64,000 nucleotides of DNA, taken from the NCBI GenBank assembly GCA_043801445.1, contig JAZDMB010000046.1, positions 19,253-83,252 on the forward strand, given 5' to 3'. A model generated the notes under the pieces. That model had not been told where the DNA came from and did not search any database. It saw only the letters and a program-made list of their open reading frames with translations. This document shows, one piece after another, positions 48,506-57,567 of the stretch. Positions within the stretch are counted from its first letter, which is position 1; every line of letters starts with the position of its first letter. The translations under genes were made by a program, and so were the position numbers. This DNA is from Planctomycetota bacterium (GTDB taxonomy: Bacteria; Planctomycetota; MHYJ01; JACQXL01).

Positions 48506-49048
48506 TCACTTTCCAGTAATGCCAGCCGAGACAATAAAAGCCATTACTTCCGGTCCGTCTTTATCAATTGGCGTTAATCTATCCCGTGGTACGATGAGAA
48601 GATTGCCGGCAAAATTATATGCTTGAGGAATATACACTGCAACCGAGTTTTGAATGCCAAGCGTATCAAGATTTTCCTTGGTAATAAAACCCAATATCTT
48701 TACGTCAGAATCAGAGGATAAGGTTACTAAAACAGGCTTATCAAATATCTTTTTATCACCGACAAAGGCATCCATCAGATCTTTTGCAGAAGAATAAAGC
48801 AGTTTTACAAAAGGTAATCTTTTAAAAATGTTATCAATAATTTTCAATACACTTTTTGCAAGGATATTTGAAGCAAAGAACCCGACCAGTGTAATCAAAA
48901 ATAGAGTAATAACAAATCCTACACCGGGGATAGGTATATGTAAGATACCGTCTATTTTGATAAATACGACATATACGACATAAATAGTAACTACGGACGG
49001 AACTACAAACAGCAATCCTTTAAGAAAATATGACATCAATCTTTTCAC
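48506..49048 (-). CDS. DUF502 membrane protein
   Basis: R.PFVK.LYS..K, YIP..YNFAG, SAG. Confidence 0.8.
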   Translation of the reverse strand: MKRLMSYFLKGLLFVVPSVVTIYVVYVVFIKIDGILHIPIPGVGFVITLFLITLVGFFASNILAKSVLKIIDNIFKRLPFVKLLYSSAKDLMDAFVGDKKIFDKPVLVTLSSDSDVKILGFITKENLDTLGIQNSVAVYIPQAYNFAGNLLIVPRDRLTPIDKDGPEVMAFIVSAGITGK

Positions 49049-49061
49049 AAAGTACTCCTTG

Positions 49062-49141
49062 CATCGTTAGAAGCGTTCATAAAGGTTGGTTAGAACATAG
49101 TAACGGTTTAGAATTATTGCTTTTGTTCGCTTCTAACGGGA
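49062..49141. mobile_element. Intergenic 80-bp MITE-like element (same subfamily as the mutase insert)
   Basis: CGTTAGAAGCG...CGCTTCTAACG with a 52-nt interior. Confidence 0.7.
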
Positions 49142-49168
49142 TGAGAAGCTAACAAAACTTACTACTGC

Positions 49169-52100
49169 TTACCACCTTAATGGTTTCTGCCATGATTCCT
49201 TAAGATCTGATAGCGATTCATCAATGATTAACGAATTATCCAAGCCTTTAACTTTAAGCATTTTCTCCTTAATGGTTTTACCTATCAATCCGAAAGGGCA
49301 ATCAGCCATAAGTTTTTCAAAATCCGCCTTATGTTCAGGTTTAATTTCTACCAAGAAACGAGAATTGGATTCTGAGAAAAGAATAATATCATCCCTAATG
49401 GCGGTTAGCGATGAACGGTTAGCGGTGAGCGCCGCTGACCGCTCAAATGGCACAGCGGTAGCAAGGCACTGCTGCATCTTCACCCCGTTAGAAAGTCCTC
49501 CATTATGTTTTAATTCATCACTTATATCTTTATCATCATTCGTGTTCTTTCTAACGGGGCAGGCGGAAATATCAATCTCAAGTCCGACATCACCGGCAAA
49601 AGCCATTTCAGCTGCAGATACTGCCAATCCGCCTTCTGATAAATCATGACAGGCAGATACAAAACCCTTACGAATCGCTTCTGAAACAGCAATCATTATC
49701 TGACGTCCAAGCACAGCATCCACCTGAGGCACATTCTTTCCCAAATGACCAAGCAGGTCATAATAATGCGAACCTCCTAATTCATTATTGGTCATTCCGA
49801 CAATATATATTAAATCGCCGGCTTCTTTGATGTCCATTGAAACAGTTTGACGCACATCATCAATCACAGAAATAGCTGATATTAATAATGAATATGGAAT
49901 AGAAATAGTCTTTTTGGCTGAAACCCTATATTCATTATTGAGACTATCTTTTCCCGAAATAAAAGGTGTTTCATAAATATGTGCGATATCATAACAACCT
50001 TGAGCGGCTCTGACAATAGCGCCTAATTGTTTGGGATTACCCGCATTCCCCCAGCAAAAATTATCCAATAAAGCGGTCTGTTGAGGATTGCCGCCTACGG
50101 CCACGATATTTCTTAATGCCTCATCAATTGCAGATGCGGCCATATGATATGGGTCTATATCGCCATATTTTGGATTCATACCGTTTGATACGCAAAGTCC
50201 GCGATAAGAATCTAAAATCGGCCTGAAGACACAGGCATCTCCGGGCCCATCATTATTCTTGCCCTGTAACGGCTTAAGCACGCTGCCACCCTGAACCTCG
50301 TGGTCATATTGCCTGATGACCCATTCCTTAGAACATATATTCAGCATTGCCAGAATTTGATTTAAGATTTTACCAAAATCTTGAGAAGGCATAAATTCAG
50401 GCTCTTTTAACTTAGGCTCAGACCATTCAGCCGATAATTCCATCTTCGGTAAACCGTTATGTAGAAACTCCATTTCCAAGGTGCCCACTAAATTACCGTT
50501 GTATTTCAAAACCAATTTTTTATCATCGGTGAATCGTCCGATAATAGTGGCTTCTACACCTTCACGATTAAACAATTCCAGAATATCTTTCTCGTATTTG
50601 GGCGGAACAGATAAAACCATCCGTTCCTGCGCTTCAGAAATCCAGATTTCAGTATAAGACAACCCCTGATATTTAAGAGGCACTTTTCCCAGTTCAACGA
50701 TACATCCAAGGTCTTCAGCCATCTCCCCAACAGCGGAAGAAAGCCCACCGCCACCGCAGTCAGTTATAGCAGAATAATAACCCAAATCTCTTGCTCGCAG
50801 TAAAATATCCATCATCTTTTTTTCTGTGATGGCGTTCCCAATCTGGACCGCACCGGAAGAAATCATTTCAGACTTTTCATCCAATTCGAGCGATGCAAAA
50901 GTAACACCATGAATACCGTCACGACCTGTTCGTCCGCCGACTAAAAGTATCAAATCACCGGACTGCGAATGCTTGAAACATTTATTCCTGGGCATAATGC
51001 CTATCGTTCCGCAATATACAAGCGGATTAGCCAGATACCGGTCATCAAAATATAGCGCTCCATTCGCTGTCGGTATGCCCATCCGGTTACCATAATCCCT
51101 GACACCGGATACAACACCTTTGAATATCCTTTTAGGATGAAAAACACCATCCGGTAATTTTTCTAACGGGAAAGATGGTGAGGCGAAACAGAAAACATCA
51201 GTATTCAAAATAGGTTTAGCACCCAACCCGCAACCAAGCACATCCCTAATAACTCCGCCGATACCGGTCCCGGATCCGCCATAAGGCTCTATTGCCGAAG
51301 GATGATTATGAGTCTCCACTTTAAAACAAACCGCATTATTCTTATCGAATTCAATAATGCCGGCATTATCCTTAAACACAGAAATACACCACGCCTTATT
51401 TAATTCGTTGGTTACCCGCATCACGGTTTGTTTTAGAAGATTATCTATCTTTTGGGTAGTGATTTTACCGCCAGCTGATTCCACCTGATATTTAATAATG
51501 CCTCTCAATGTTTTATGCTTGCAATGTTCACTCCAAGTCTGAGCAATAGTTTCCAGCTCAATGTCAGTCAGATTGCGTTGCTGTTTAAGAGAATAGTCCC
51601 TGATGGTTTTCATCTCATGCACATTTAATGAAAGATTCCGATTCTTACTGATTGTAAAAAGAGCATCATCGGACACATCAATTAGAGCTATCGTATCTAA
51701 TTTAAATGAATACAAAGGTGCATCCGGTATTTCGGCGAGCATTTTATGACCAATAAAAACATTCTCTATGACGTTATTGGCAAATATCTTTGAAGAAAGC
51801 CGAAGGATATCATTATGTGAAATATTCCCGTTGATATAATATTTACGACCTGTCCGAACAGATTTGATTCTGAACCCGGAATCATTAATGGCTTTAAGAA
51901 GACTTGATTCTACCGGGTCCATTACGCCCGGTTTAAGAAATACCGTAACCACCTGATGAGCGTCATTCTTAAATATTTCCAACGGTTTATTTATAGAATA
52001 TTCTTGAACCGTCTTATCAGAAAGAATATCGCCGGAAATAATATCGACATCACCATCAATTAACTCACCGTCCAAAACATAGATAGAAACAAAACGAACA

Positions 52101-52204
52101 TCATCAATACCCGCAACTCCGAACTCAATAATATCCTGCTTGACAAATGCGCCAATCGGGTCTGGCAATCCCGATTTCAGAACAACCTCTATCTGATAAA
52201 TCAT
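49169..52204 (-). CDS. purL: Phosphoribosylformylglycinamidine synthase PurL with PurS-like N-terminal domains
   Basis: QTWSEHCKHK, VETHNHPS, GRDGIHG, QYDHEV, SGKDSL, HDLSEGGL. Confidence 0.96.
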   Translation of the reverse strand: MIYQIEVVLKSGLPDPIGAFVKQDIIEFGVAGIDDVRFVSIYVLDGELIDGDVDIISGDILSDKTVQEYSINKPLEIFKNDAHQVVTVFLKPGVMDPVESSLLKAINDSGFRIKSVRTGRKYYINGNISHNDILRLSSKIFANNVIENVFIGHKMLAEIPDAPLYSFKLDTIALIDVSDDALFTISKNRNLSLNVHEMKTIRDYSLKQQRNLTDIELETIAQTWSEHCKHKTLRGIIKYQVESAGGKITTQKIDNLLKQTVMRVTNELNKAWCISVFKDNAGIIEFDKNNAVCFKVETHNHPSAIEPYGGSGTGIGGVIRDVLGCGLGAKPILNTDVFCFASPSFPLEKLPDGVFHPKRIFKGVVSGVRDYGNRMGIPTANGALYFDDRYLANPLVYCGTIGIMPRNKCFKHSQSGDLILLVGGRTGRDGIHGVTFASLELDEKSEMISSGAVQIGNAITEKKMMDILLRARDLGYYSAITDCGGGGLSSAVGEMAEDLGCIVELGKVPLKYQGLSYTEIWISEAQERMVLSVPPKYEKDILELFNREGVEATIIGRFTDDKKLVLKYNGNLVGTLEMEFLHNGLPKMELSAEWSEPKLKEPEFMPSQDFGKILNQILAMLNICSKEWVIRQYDHEVQGGSVLKPLQGKNNDGPGDACVFRPILDSYRGLCVSNGMNPKYGDIDPYHMAASAIDEALRNIVAVGGNPQQTALLDNFCWGNAGNPKQLGAIVRAAQGCYDIAHIYETPFISGKDSLNNEYRVSAKKTISIPYSLLISAISVIDDVRQTVSMDIKEAGDLIYIVGMTNNELGGSHYYDLLGHLGKNVPQVDAVLGRQIMIAVSEAIRKGFVSACHDLSEGGLAVSAAEMAFAGDVGLEIDISACPVRKNTNDDKDISDELKHNGGLSNGVKMQQCLATAVPFERSAALTANRSSLTAIRDDIILFSESNSRFLVEIKPEHKADFEKLMADCPFGLIGKTIKEKMLKVKGLDNSLIIDESLSDLKESWQKPLRW
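49459..49562 (-). mobile_element. 104-bp MITE-like element in frame in purL
   Basis: Inverted repeats bounding 49483-49559; CCGC/CCGC flanks; 108 nt = 36 aa. Confidence 0.8.
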
Positions 52205-52405
52205 ATGGAAATAAGTTTAATTATAATTTCAAATAACTTATTCTACAACTAAAACTGTTTTTGTCAATACAAATGGTTTTTTCTATTGACCCCTTACCCC
52301 ATTAGAGATATACTATTTTAAATAACCACAGTTTAATAATTTCCTTCATTTAAAGTTCTTAATATTACTGGCAACATGATTGACACCGTAATCAAAAACA
52401 CCTAA

Positions 52406-54520
52406 ATGAATAGAATAAATTGCAGAACACGAATCGAACAAATAATAACGAATTACACAAATATCATAAATAAAATTATTAGCGCTCATTCGTCTTTATT
52501 CGTCTTTATTCATGTTACTCGTTTTAATACAATTGCTTTATCCTTACTGTTGGTCTTTACTCTATCCTCACTAATAAAGGCGCACCACGAATTACTGCCT
52601 GCTCCTGAACGGGAGTATCTCAAACTCATCTCACTACATCCATTTAAGGATAAACTAATCTCACTCCGATGCTCACGAGCGGAGTGCCCCGTATCCCCGC
52701 AGGGCATCGGGGCACAAGGAAACTACGATTTCTTTATTACAATTGTCGAATCAGCGCCGGATACCTTTGATATCATTTTTTATATAGAAAATTCTCTGTT
52801 CAAAAGGGCCGTACGCTCTTCCAAGGAAATATTACTCTATCGCAGCGATACAAAAATCACTGATAAATTTATTCTGGAAAGTGACATATCAGGAGTCTCA
52901 AGCTTGAAATATTTTGCTCATAAGCCGTTCGAGACAAGTATTAAGGTATCTGCCAAAACTTCCGACAATGAACCAATCTCGGTAAAAACAGATATCCAGA
53001 TAGGTTCGCCCCCGCCATCTATAATTTTCATCGTAACATTTATATTGATAATACTAATTGCGATAATCAGTGTTTATTTACCACAAAAGGGTAAATTGAA
53101 CATTGAACATGAACATTGTTCACTGCGTATAATGAATATACTTAATAACGTTTTTATTTATCGTCTCTTTAAAAGCCGATTCTTTATCTTCCTATTAAAA
53201 CTTCCTTTTGTCCTGATTTTTATCTTCATCATCTTCAGCGGATTATTCGGCAGCGTATACAAAAACATCAGCAATTTTATAGTCGGTCCTGTATGGCTTT
53301 TATTTATTTCCATACTGGCGTTGCTTGGCGGAAAATTCTGGTGCCTAATATGCCCATGGAATACGCTTTCTGATTGGCTGCAGGGCGCTTGTTTTTCCGG
53401 TGATTCCAATTCATTAAATCTCAAGGTGCCTAAAATATTGCGCAATTATTGGATAGCAATATTCCTTTTTATACTGATAATCTGGTTAGAATACAGCATC
53501 GGAATGACTGATAAAGCAAGGTTAATTGCGTATCTGGCGATGATTACCTTCGGCATCACCTTTATCTGGGCTATATTCTTTCATCGCAAATCATTCTGCC
53601 GGTACGGTTGTCCGGTCGGCGCAATATGCGGATTATACGGACTCTTTGCGCCATTGGAATTAAGAAGCAATAATAAAGATATCTGTAATAATTGCAAAAC
53701 TAAAGATTGCATTACGGAGCGACAGCGGAGTCCCGACCCAATCGGGAAGGGTAACCAAAAGGGAATCGGCTGTCCGGTATATGAATATCCTGCTACTATT
53801 AAAAATAATCTTTATTGCATCTACTGCACCGAATGCATCAAAACCTGCCCGAACGATAATATCGCCATAAATCTACGGCTGCCGGCTAAAGATATGTTCA
53901 AGCAAAATCCTTTGCATCTGAGCGAGGTATTCATAATTATCACCATACTGGCGTTATCCGTATTCGGCGCTTTGAACATCAGCAGTATTCATTTCAATAT
54001 TCTGGATTGGTCGCGGGCAGCTTTTAACGCCTCCGAATCTATTACCCAATTATTGTTGATGACCTGTTTGATTATAGCGTTTACAGTTCTATTTTTCCTT
54101 TTATCTTTTATTGCCCGTCTCAATGTAAATATTATTGCCTATGCATTTTTGCCTGTAGCACTATTCAATCATATTGCCAATACTTTCAAATTGATGAATA
54201 TGCGCGGTCAGGAAATAATCTCGCTCATATCAGACCCCTTCGGACTCTCGTGGAATCTTTTCGGAACCGCCGGCTATGTGCCCAAGCCGATTATCGGTCC
54301 CGGCAGTGGCAATTGGTCTGACCGCTTAATATCAAACCCGACTGCTATCAACCCGTTGATTCTGATACTTGCTCCCATAATGATTATCGGGTTACTATAT
54401 TCAGCATTTCTAACCTATCGTTTAATTAAAAACAACAACAAACCAGCCATGTTTTTCCTGTTATTTATCATCCCGATGATTATTATTGTCTGGTTTAATT
54501 GGTGGCTGATGGATAAATAA
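52406..54520 (+). CDS. Membrane 4Fe-4S binding protein (NosR/NapH-like)
   Basis: FWCLICP, FCRYGCP, CIYCTECIKTCP; TM helices; start uncertain. Confidence 0.8.
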   Translation: MNRINCRTRIEQIITNYTNIINKIISAHSSLFVFIHVTRFNTIALSLLLVFTLSSLIKAHHELLPAPEREYLKLISLHPFKDKLISLRCSRAECPVSPQGIGAQGNYDFFITIVESAPDTFDIIFYIENSLFKRAVRSSKEILLYRSDTKITDKFILESDISGVSSLKYFAHKPFETSIKVSAKTSDNEPISVKTDIQIGSPPPSIIFIVTFILIILIAIISVYLPQKGKLNIEHEHCSLRIMNILNNVFIYRLFKSRFFIFLLKLPFVLIFIFIIFSGLFGSVYKNISNFIVGPVWLLFISILALLGGKFWCLICPWNTLSDWLQGACFSGDSNSLNLKVPKILRNYWIAIFLFILIIWLEYSIGMTDKARLIAYLAMITFGITFIWAIFFHRKSFCRYGCPVGAICGLYGLFAPLELRSNNKDICNNCKTKDCITERQRSPDPIGKGNQKGIGCPVYEYPATIKNNLYCIYCTECIKTCPNDNIAINLRLPAKDMFKQNPLHLSEVFIIITILALSVFGALNISSIHFNILDWSRAAFNASESITQLLLMTCLIIAFTVLFFLLSFIARLNVNIIAYAFLPVALFNHIANTFKLMNMRGQEIISLISDPFGLSWNLFGTAGYVPKPIIGPGSGNWSDRLISNPTAINPLILILAPIMIIGLLYSAFLTYRLIKNNNKPAMFFLLFIIPMIIIVWFNWWLMDK

Positions 54521-54589
54521 TGATACAAACCCAATGGAACAAATGAACCTGTTTGACCGCAAGCAAAAGCTTACTTTACTGAATTGTAT

Positions 54590-54895
54590 ATGAAAAAGTG
54601 CCCTTTTTGTGCCGAGGAAATCCAGGACGACGCCATCAAATGCCGATACTGCAATGAGTTCCTAAACAAGCCCAAGTGGTATTTCAAGACCACCTTTATA
54701 ATTATTGCATTCTTATGTGTTGGTCCATTGATGTTACCCCTCATCTTGTTTAATCCCCATTACAACAAATGGATAAAAGTTATCCTAACCATTGTTTGTC
54801 TGGTAGCCGGATATTATATGACTATAGCTCTTATTGACTCCATCAATATGCTCAAAGACCTATACCGCGACTTAGGGCAATACACATCATATTAA
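54590..54895 (+). CDS. Zinc-ribbon membrane protein
   Basis: [17 protein letters not shown] plus two TM helices. Confidence 0.75.
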   Translation: MKKCPFCAEEIQDDAIKCRYCNEFLNKPKWYFKTTFIIIAFLCVGPLMLPLILFNPHYNKWIKVILTIVCLVAGYYMTIALIDSINMLKDLYRDLGQYTSY

Positions 54896-55184
54896 ACAGT
54901 ATCCATCAAATAGAACGCAGATTTTCACAGATAAATGCAGCTAATATAAGAGGTTTTGAGTGAATTACTCTTTCAATTAACTGTATTCTATATTAATAGT
55001 ATCCCGTAAGGGATAGAACAGATAAAATCCCCCTATTTCATCCTTTGTCAAAGATGAATTTACAAAAACTTTCGGTTAATAACTACTATAACAAAGACAC
55101 TAAATCATTTTTTTTGTTTACTATAGGTTAAGACTTTGTTAACGAGGTAACATTTTCCATACCTGATGCCGATTTTGTGCATAA

Positions 55185-55449
55185 TAGACCGTAAGTCCGT
55201 GGCAAATAGACCGTAAGTATCTGGCACATAGACCATAAGTATCTGACATATAGACCGTAAGTATATGGCACATAGACCGTGAGTATCTGGCATATAGACC
55301 GTGAGTATTTGGCATATAGACTGGGAGTATGTGGCATATAGACCGGGAGTATGTGGCATATAGACTGGGAGTATGTGGCATATAGACTGGGAGTATATGG
55401 CACATAGACTGGGAGTATGTGGCACATAGACCGTAAGTAGTTTGGCAGA
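55185..55449. repeat. Tandem array of 12 x 22 bp (TAGACYGKRAGTATNTGGCAYA)
   Basis: Units start every 22 nt from 55185 to 55427, with no spacers. Confidence 0.92.
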
Positions 55450-55507
55450 TACACTTAATACTGACCTTAAATACCCCCCTGCCCTATCCTACCCCCTCTG
55501 TCTCCTT

Positions 55508-55537
55508 TTGACCTCTGTTGACCTCTCTTGGCCTATA
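55508..55537 (+). promoter_or_regulatory. Three 10-bp direct repeats (TTGACCTCTS), candidate operator
   Basis: TTGACCTCTG TTGACCTCTC TTGGCCTATA about 50 nt upstream of the HTH gene. Confidence 0.4.
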
Positions 55538-55586
55538 AAATGCTTTTTATATTGATTTTATTGGTGGTAATTTTAAAATATTAATT

Positions 55587-56069
55587 ATGCCTCAGAAAAT
55601 ATTTTTCAGTCTAAAGGAAGCCGCGGAATATCTGGGTATAAGTTACCGGACGATAAGACGTCTGGTTAAAGACAATAAATTACCCGCCTTGCAGGTGGGA
55701 CATCAGTGGAGAATAAAAATATCAGATTTGGAAGAATATGTTTCCAAAAGCATCAGGCAAAAAGGATTGGTCGGCGCCAAACCTTTATTTTTTAATCCAT
55801 TAGTTTTAGAACGATATAAAAAAGATAAAGAAAAATATTATATTTTTGACCAGGCATTTCACGGAAAGTTCGGGATAAGAAGTGAATGGTATAACCAATT
55901 CTTTCCGGCAACTGCGCATATCACCACTTTGAAAGAAGTGCCGTACAGAAAAGTCAAACTCAAATCAGGAATGGTGGTAATAAATATTGATACGGATGTT
56001 TATTATAGAACTATTGCGGAAAGCGATGAACATCTTCACTGGCTAAAACATTTAATACATCAACAGTAA
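55587..56069 (+). CDS. Excisionase-family (HTH_17) DNA-binding protein with an uncharacterised C-terminal domain
   Basis: SLKEAAEYLGISYRTIRRLV...LPALQVGHQWRI. Confidence 0.8.
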   Translation: MPQKIFFSLKEAAEYLGISYRTIRRLVKDNKLPALQVGHQWRIKISDLEEYVSKSIRQKGLVGAKPLFFNPLVLERYKKDKEKYYIFDQAFHGKFGIRSEWYNQFFPATAHITTLKEVPYRKVKLKSGMVVINIDTDVYYRTIAESDEHLHWLKHLIHQQ

Positions 56070-56375
56070 TAAAATAATATAATTCCGTATTCGTTAAACC
56101 TGCCCGACTAGTCAGGCGGGTAGGACACAGATTTTCGCAGATACACGCTGATAATTTTTATAAGGAGACCGTGCCTTCGCCGAAGGCTTCGCGCAGGCAG
56201 GCCACGAAACCAAGATTAATTCCTTCTTGTATTCCTGGGTTCCTTATAAATAAAATCCTGTTAATCTGCATATTTGCAAAGCAAATCAACGTTCCATTAT
56301 ATCTGATATGACTGATTCCGTATAATTATTATTTTCTTTGTGTTCTTTGTGTCTTTGTGGTAAACTAAAGTTATT

Positions 56376-57461
56376 ATGCGTAAATATAATGTTGCCATTG
56401 TCGGAGCCACTGGGCTGGCTGGACTAGAGACCATAAAAATACTTGCAGAACGTAAATTCCCTGTCAGCGAATTACGATTATTTGCTTCTGCAGGGTCAGC
56501 AGGAAAAAGTATAAAGTATCAAAGTAAAAAGATAAAAGTAAAGGAAATAAATAATAATGCATTCAAGGATATAGACATTGCCTTTTTTGCGGTTGATGGT
56601 TCAATCAGCAAGAAGTGGGCGCCGGTGGCAGTAAAGAGCGGAGCATTAGTAATTGACAAATCCAGCGCATTCAGGATGGATAAAAACGTGCCTCTGGTTA
56701 TTCCTGAAATAAACCTGCAGGCAATTGAAGAAAAGATAATAGATGAAAGAAAAAAGATGAAAGATAATAACCAAAAACTCTCATCTCTCATCTCTCATCT
56801 TTCATCTCTTCCCATGATTATTGCCAGCCCTAATTGCTCAACCGTTCCTTTGGCAATGATTCTAAAACCTCTCAACGATTATGCGAAAGTAAAAAGGGTC
56901 GTGGTATCCACTTATCAATCCGTTTCAGGTGCAGGACTGAAAGCAGTGCAGGAAATGGAGCAACAAACAAAACGGATTCTCCAACGAACAACGAGCAACG
57001 AGCAACGAACGACTAAACCTTTTGCCTTCAACGCCATCCCCCAAATAGATTCTTTCGGCTCAGATGACTACACCGGTGAAGAAACGAAAATGATAAATGA
57101 AACTCTCAAGATACTTGATGACTATTCTATAAAGATAACAGCCACCTGTGTGCGGATTCCGGTCTATTGCGGGCATAGCGAATCGGTCAACATCGAGACA
57201 GCCAGACCTATAACGATTACTACAATCAGAAAATTATTAATCAAAACAAAAGGTGTCACGGTAATGGACAATCCACAAAATGGTATTTATCCGATGCCGA
57301 TAGAGGTTGCAGGCAAAGACGATGTATATGTAGGCAGGATTCGTAAAGACCCGACAGTCAAGAACGGGCTGAATCTCTGGCTGGTATCGGACAACCTGCG
57401 CAAAGGCGCCGCACTTAATGCAGTCCAAATAGCGGAATACCTTATTAATCGTTTTTTGTAG
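56376..57461 (+). CDS. asd: Aspartate-semialdehyde dehydrogenase
   Basis: GATG, SSAFRM, PNCST, YQSVSGAG, TCVRIPV..GHS, DNLRKGAA. Confidence 0.96.
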   Translation: MRKYNVAIVGATGLAGLETIKILAERKFPVSELRLFASAGSAGKSIKYQSKKIKVKEINNNAFKDIDIAFFAVDGSISKKWAPVAVKSGALVIDKSSAFRMDKNVPLVIPEINLQAIEEKIIDERKKMKDNNQKLSSLISHLSSLPMIIASPNCSTVPLAMILKPLNDYAKVKRVVVSTYQSVSGAGLKAVQEMEQQTKRILQRTTSNEQRTTKPFAFNAIPQIDSFGSDDYTGEETKMINETLKILDDYSIKITATCVRIPVYCGHSESVNIETARPITITTIRKLLIKTKGVTVMDNPQNGIYPMPIEVAGKDDVYVGRIRKDPTVKNGLNLWLVSDNLRKGAALNAVQIAEYLINRFL

Positions 57462-57567
57462 TTAGTTGTTCATTCACCGCAGATACGCAAAGATGTTAAG
57501 TTAGAAGTTAAAGGTTAAAAGTCCTAACTTTTTACTTACTACTTTTTACTTTTAACTTTATTATTCC

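Noticed and set aside
55185-55449. CRISPR array
   Set aside because: Units are contiguous with no unique spacers, and there are no cas genes in the window.
55105-55454. Three overlapping minus-strand ORFs as real genes
   Set aside because: They are open only because the repeat has no stops on that strand; the products are low-complexity.
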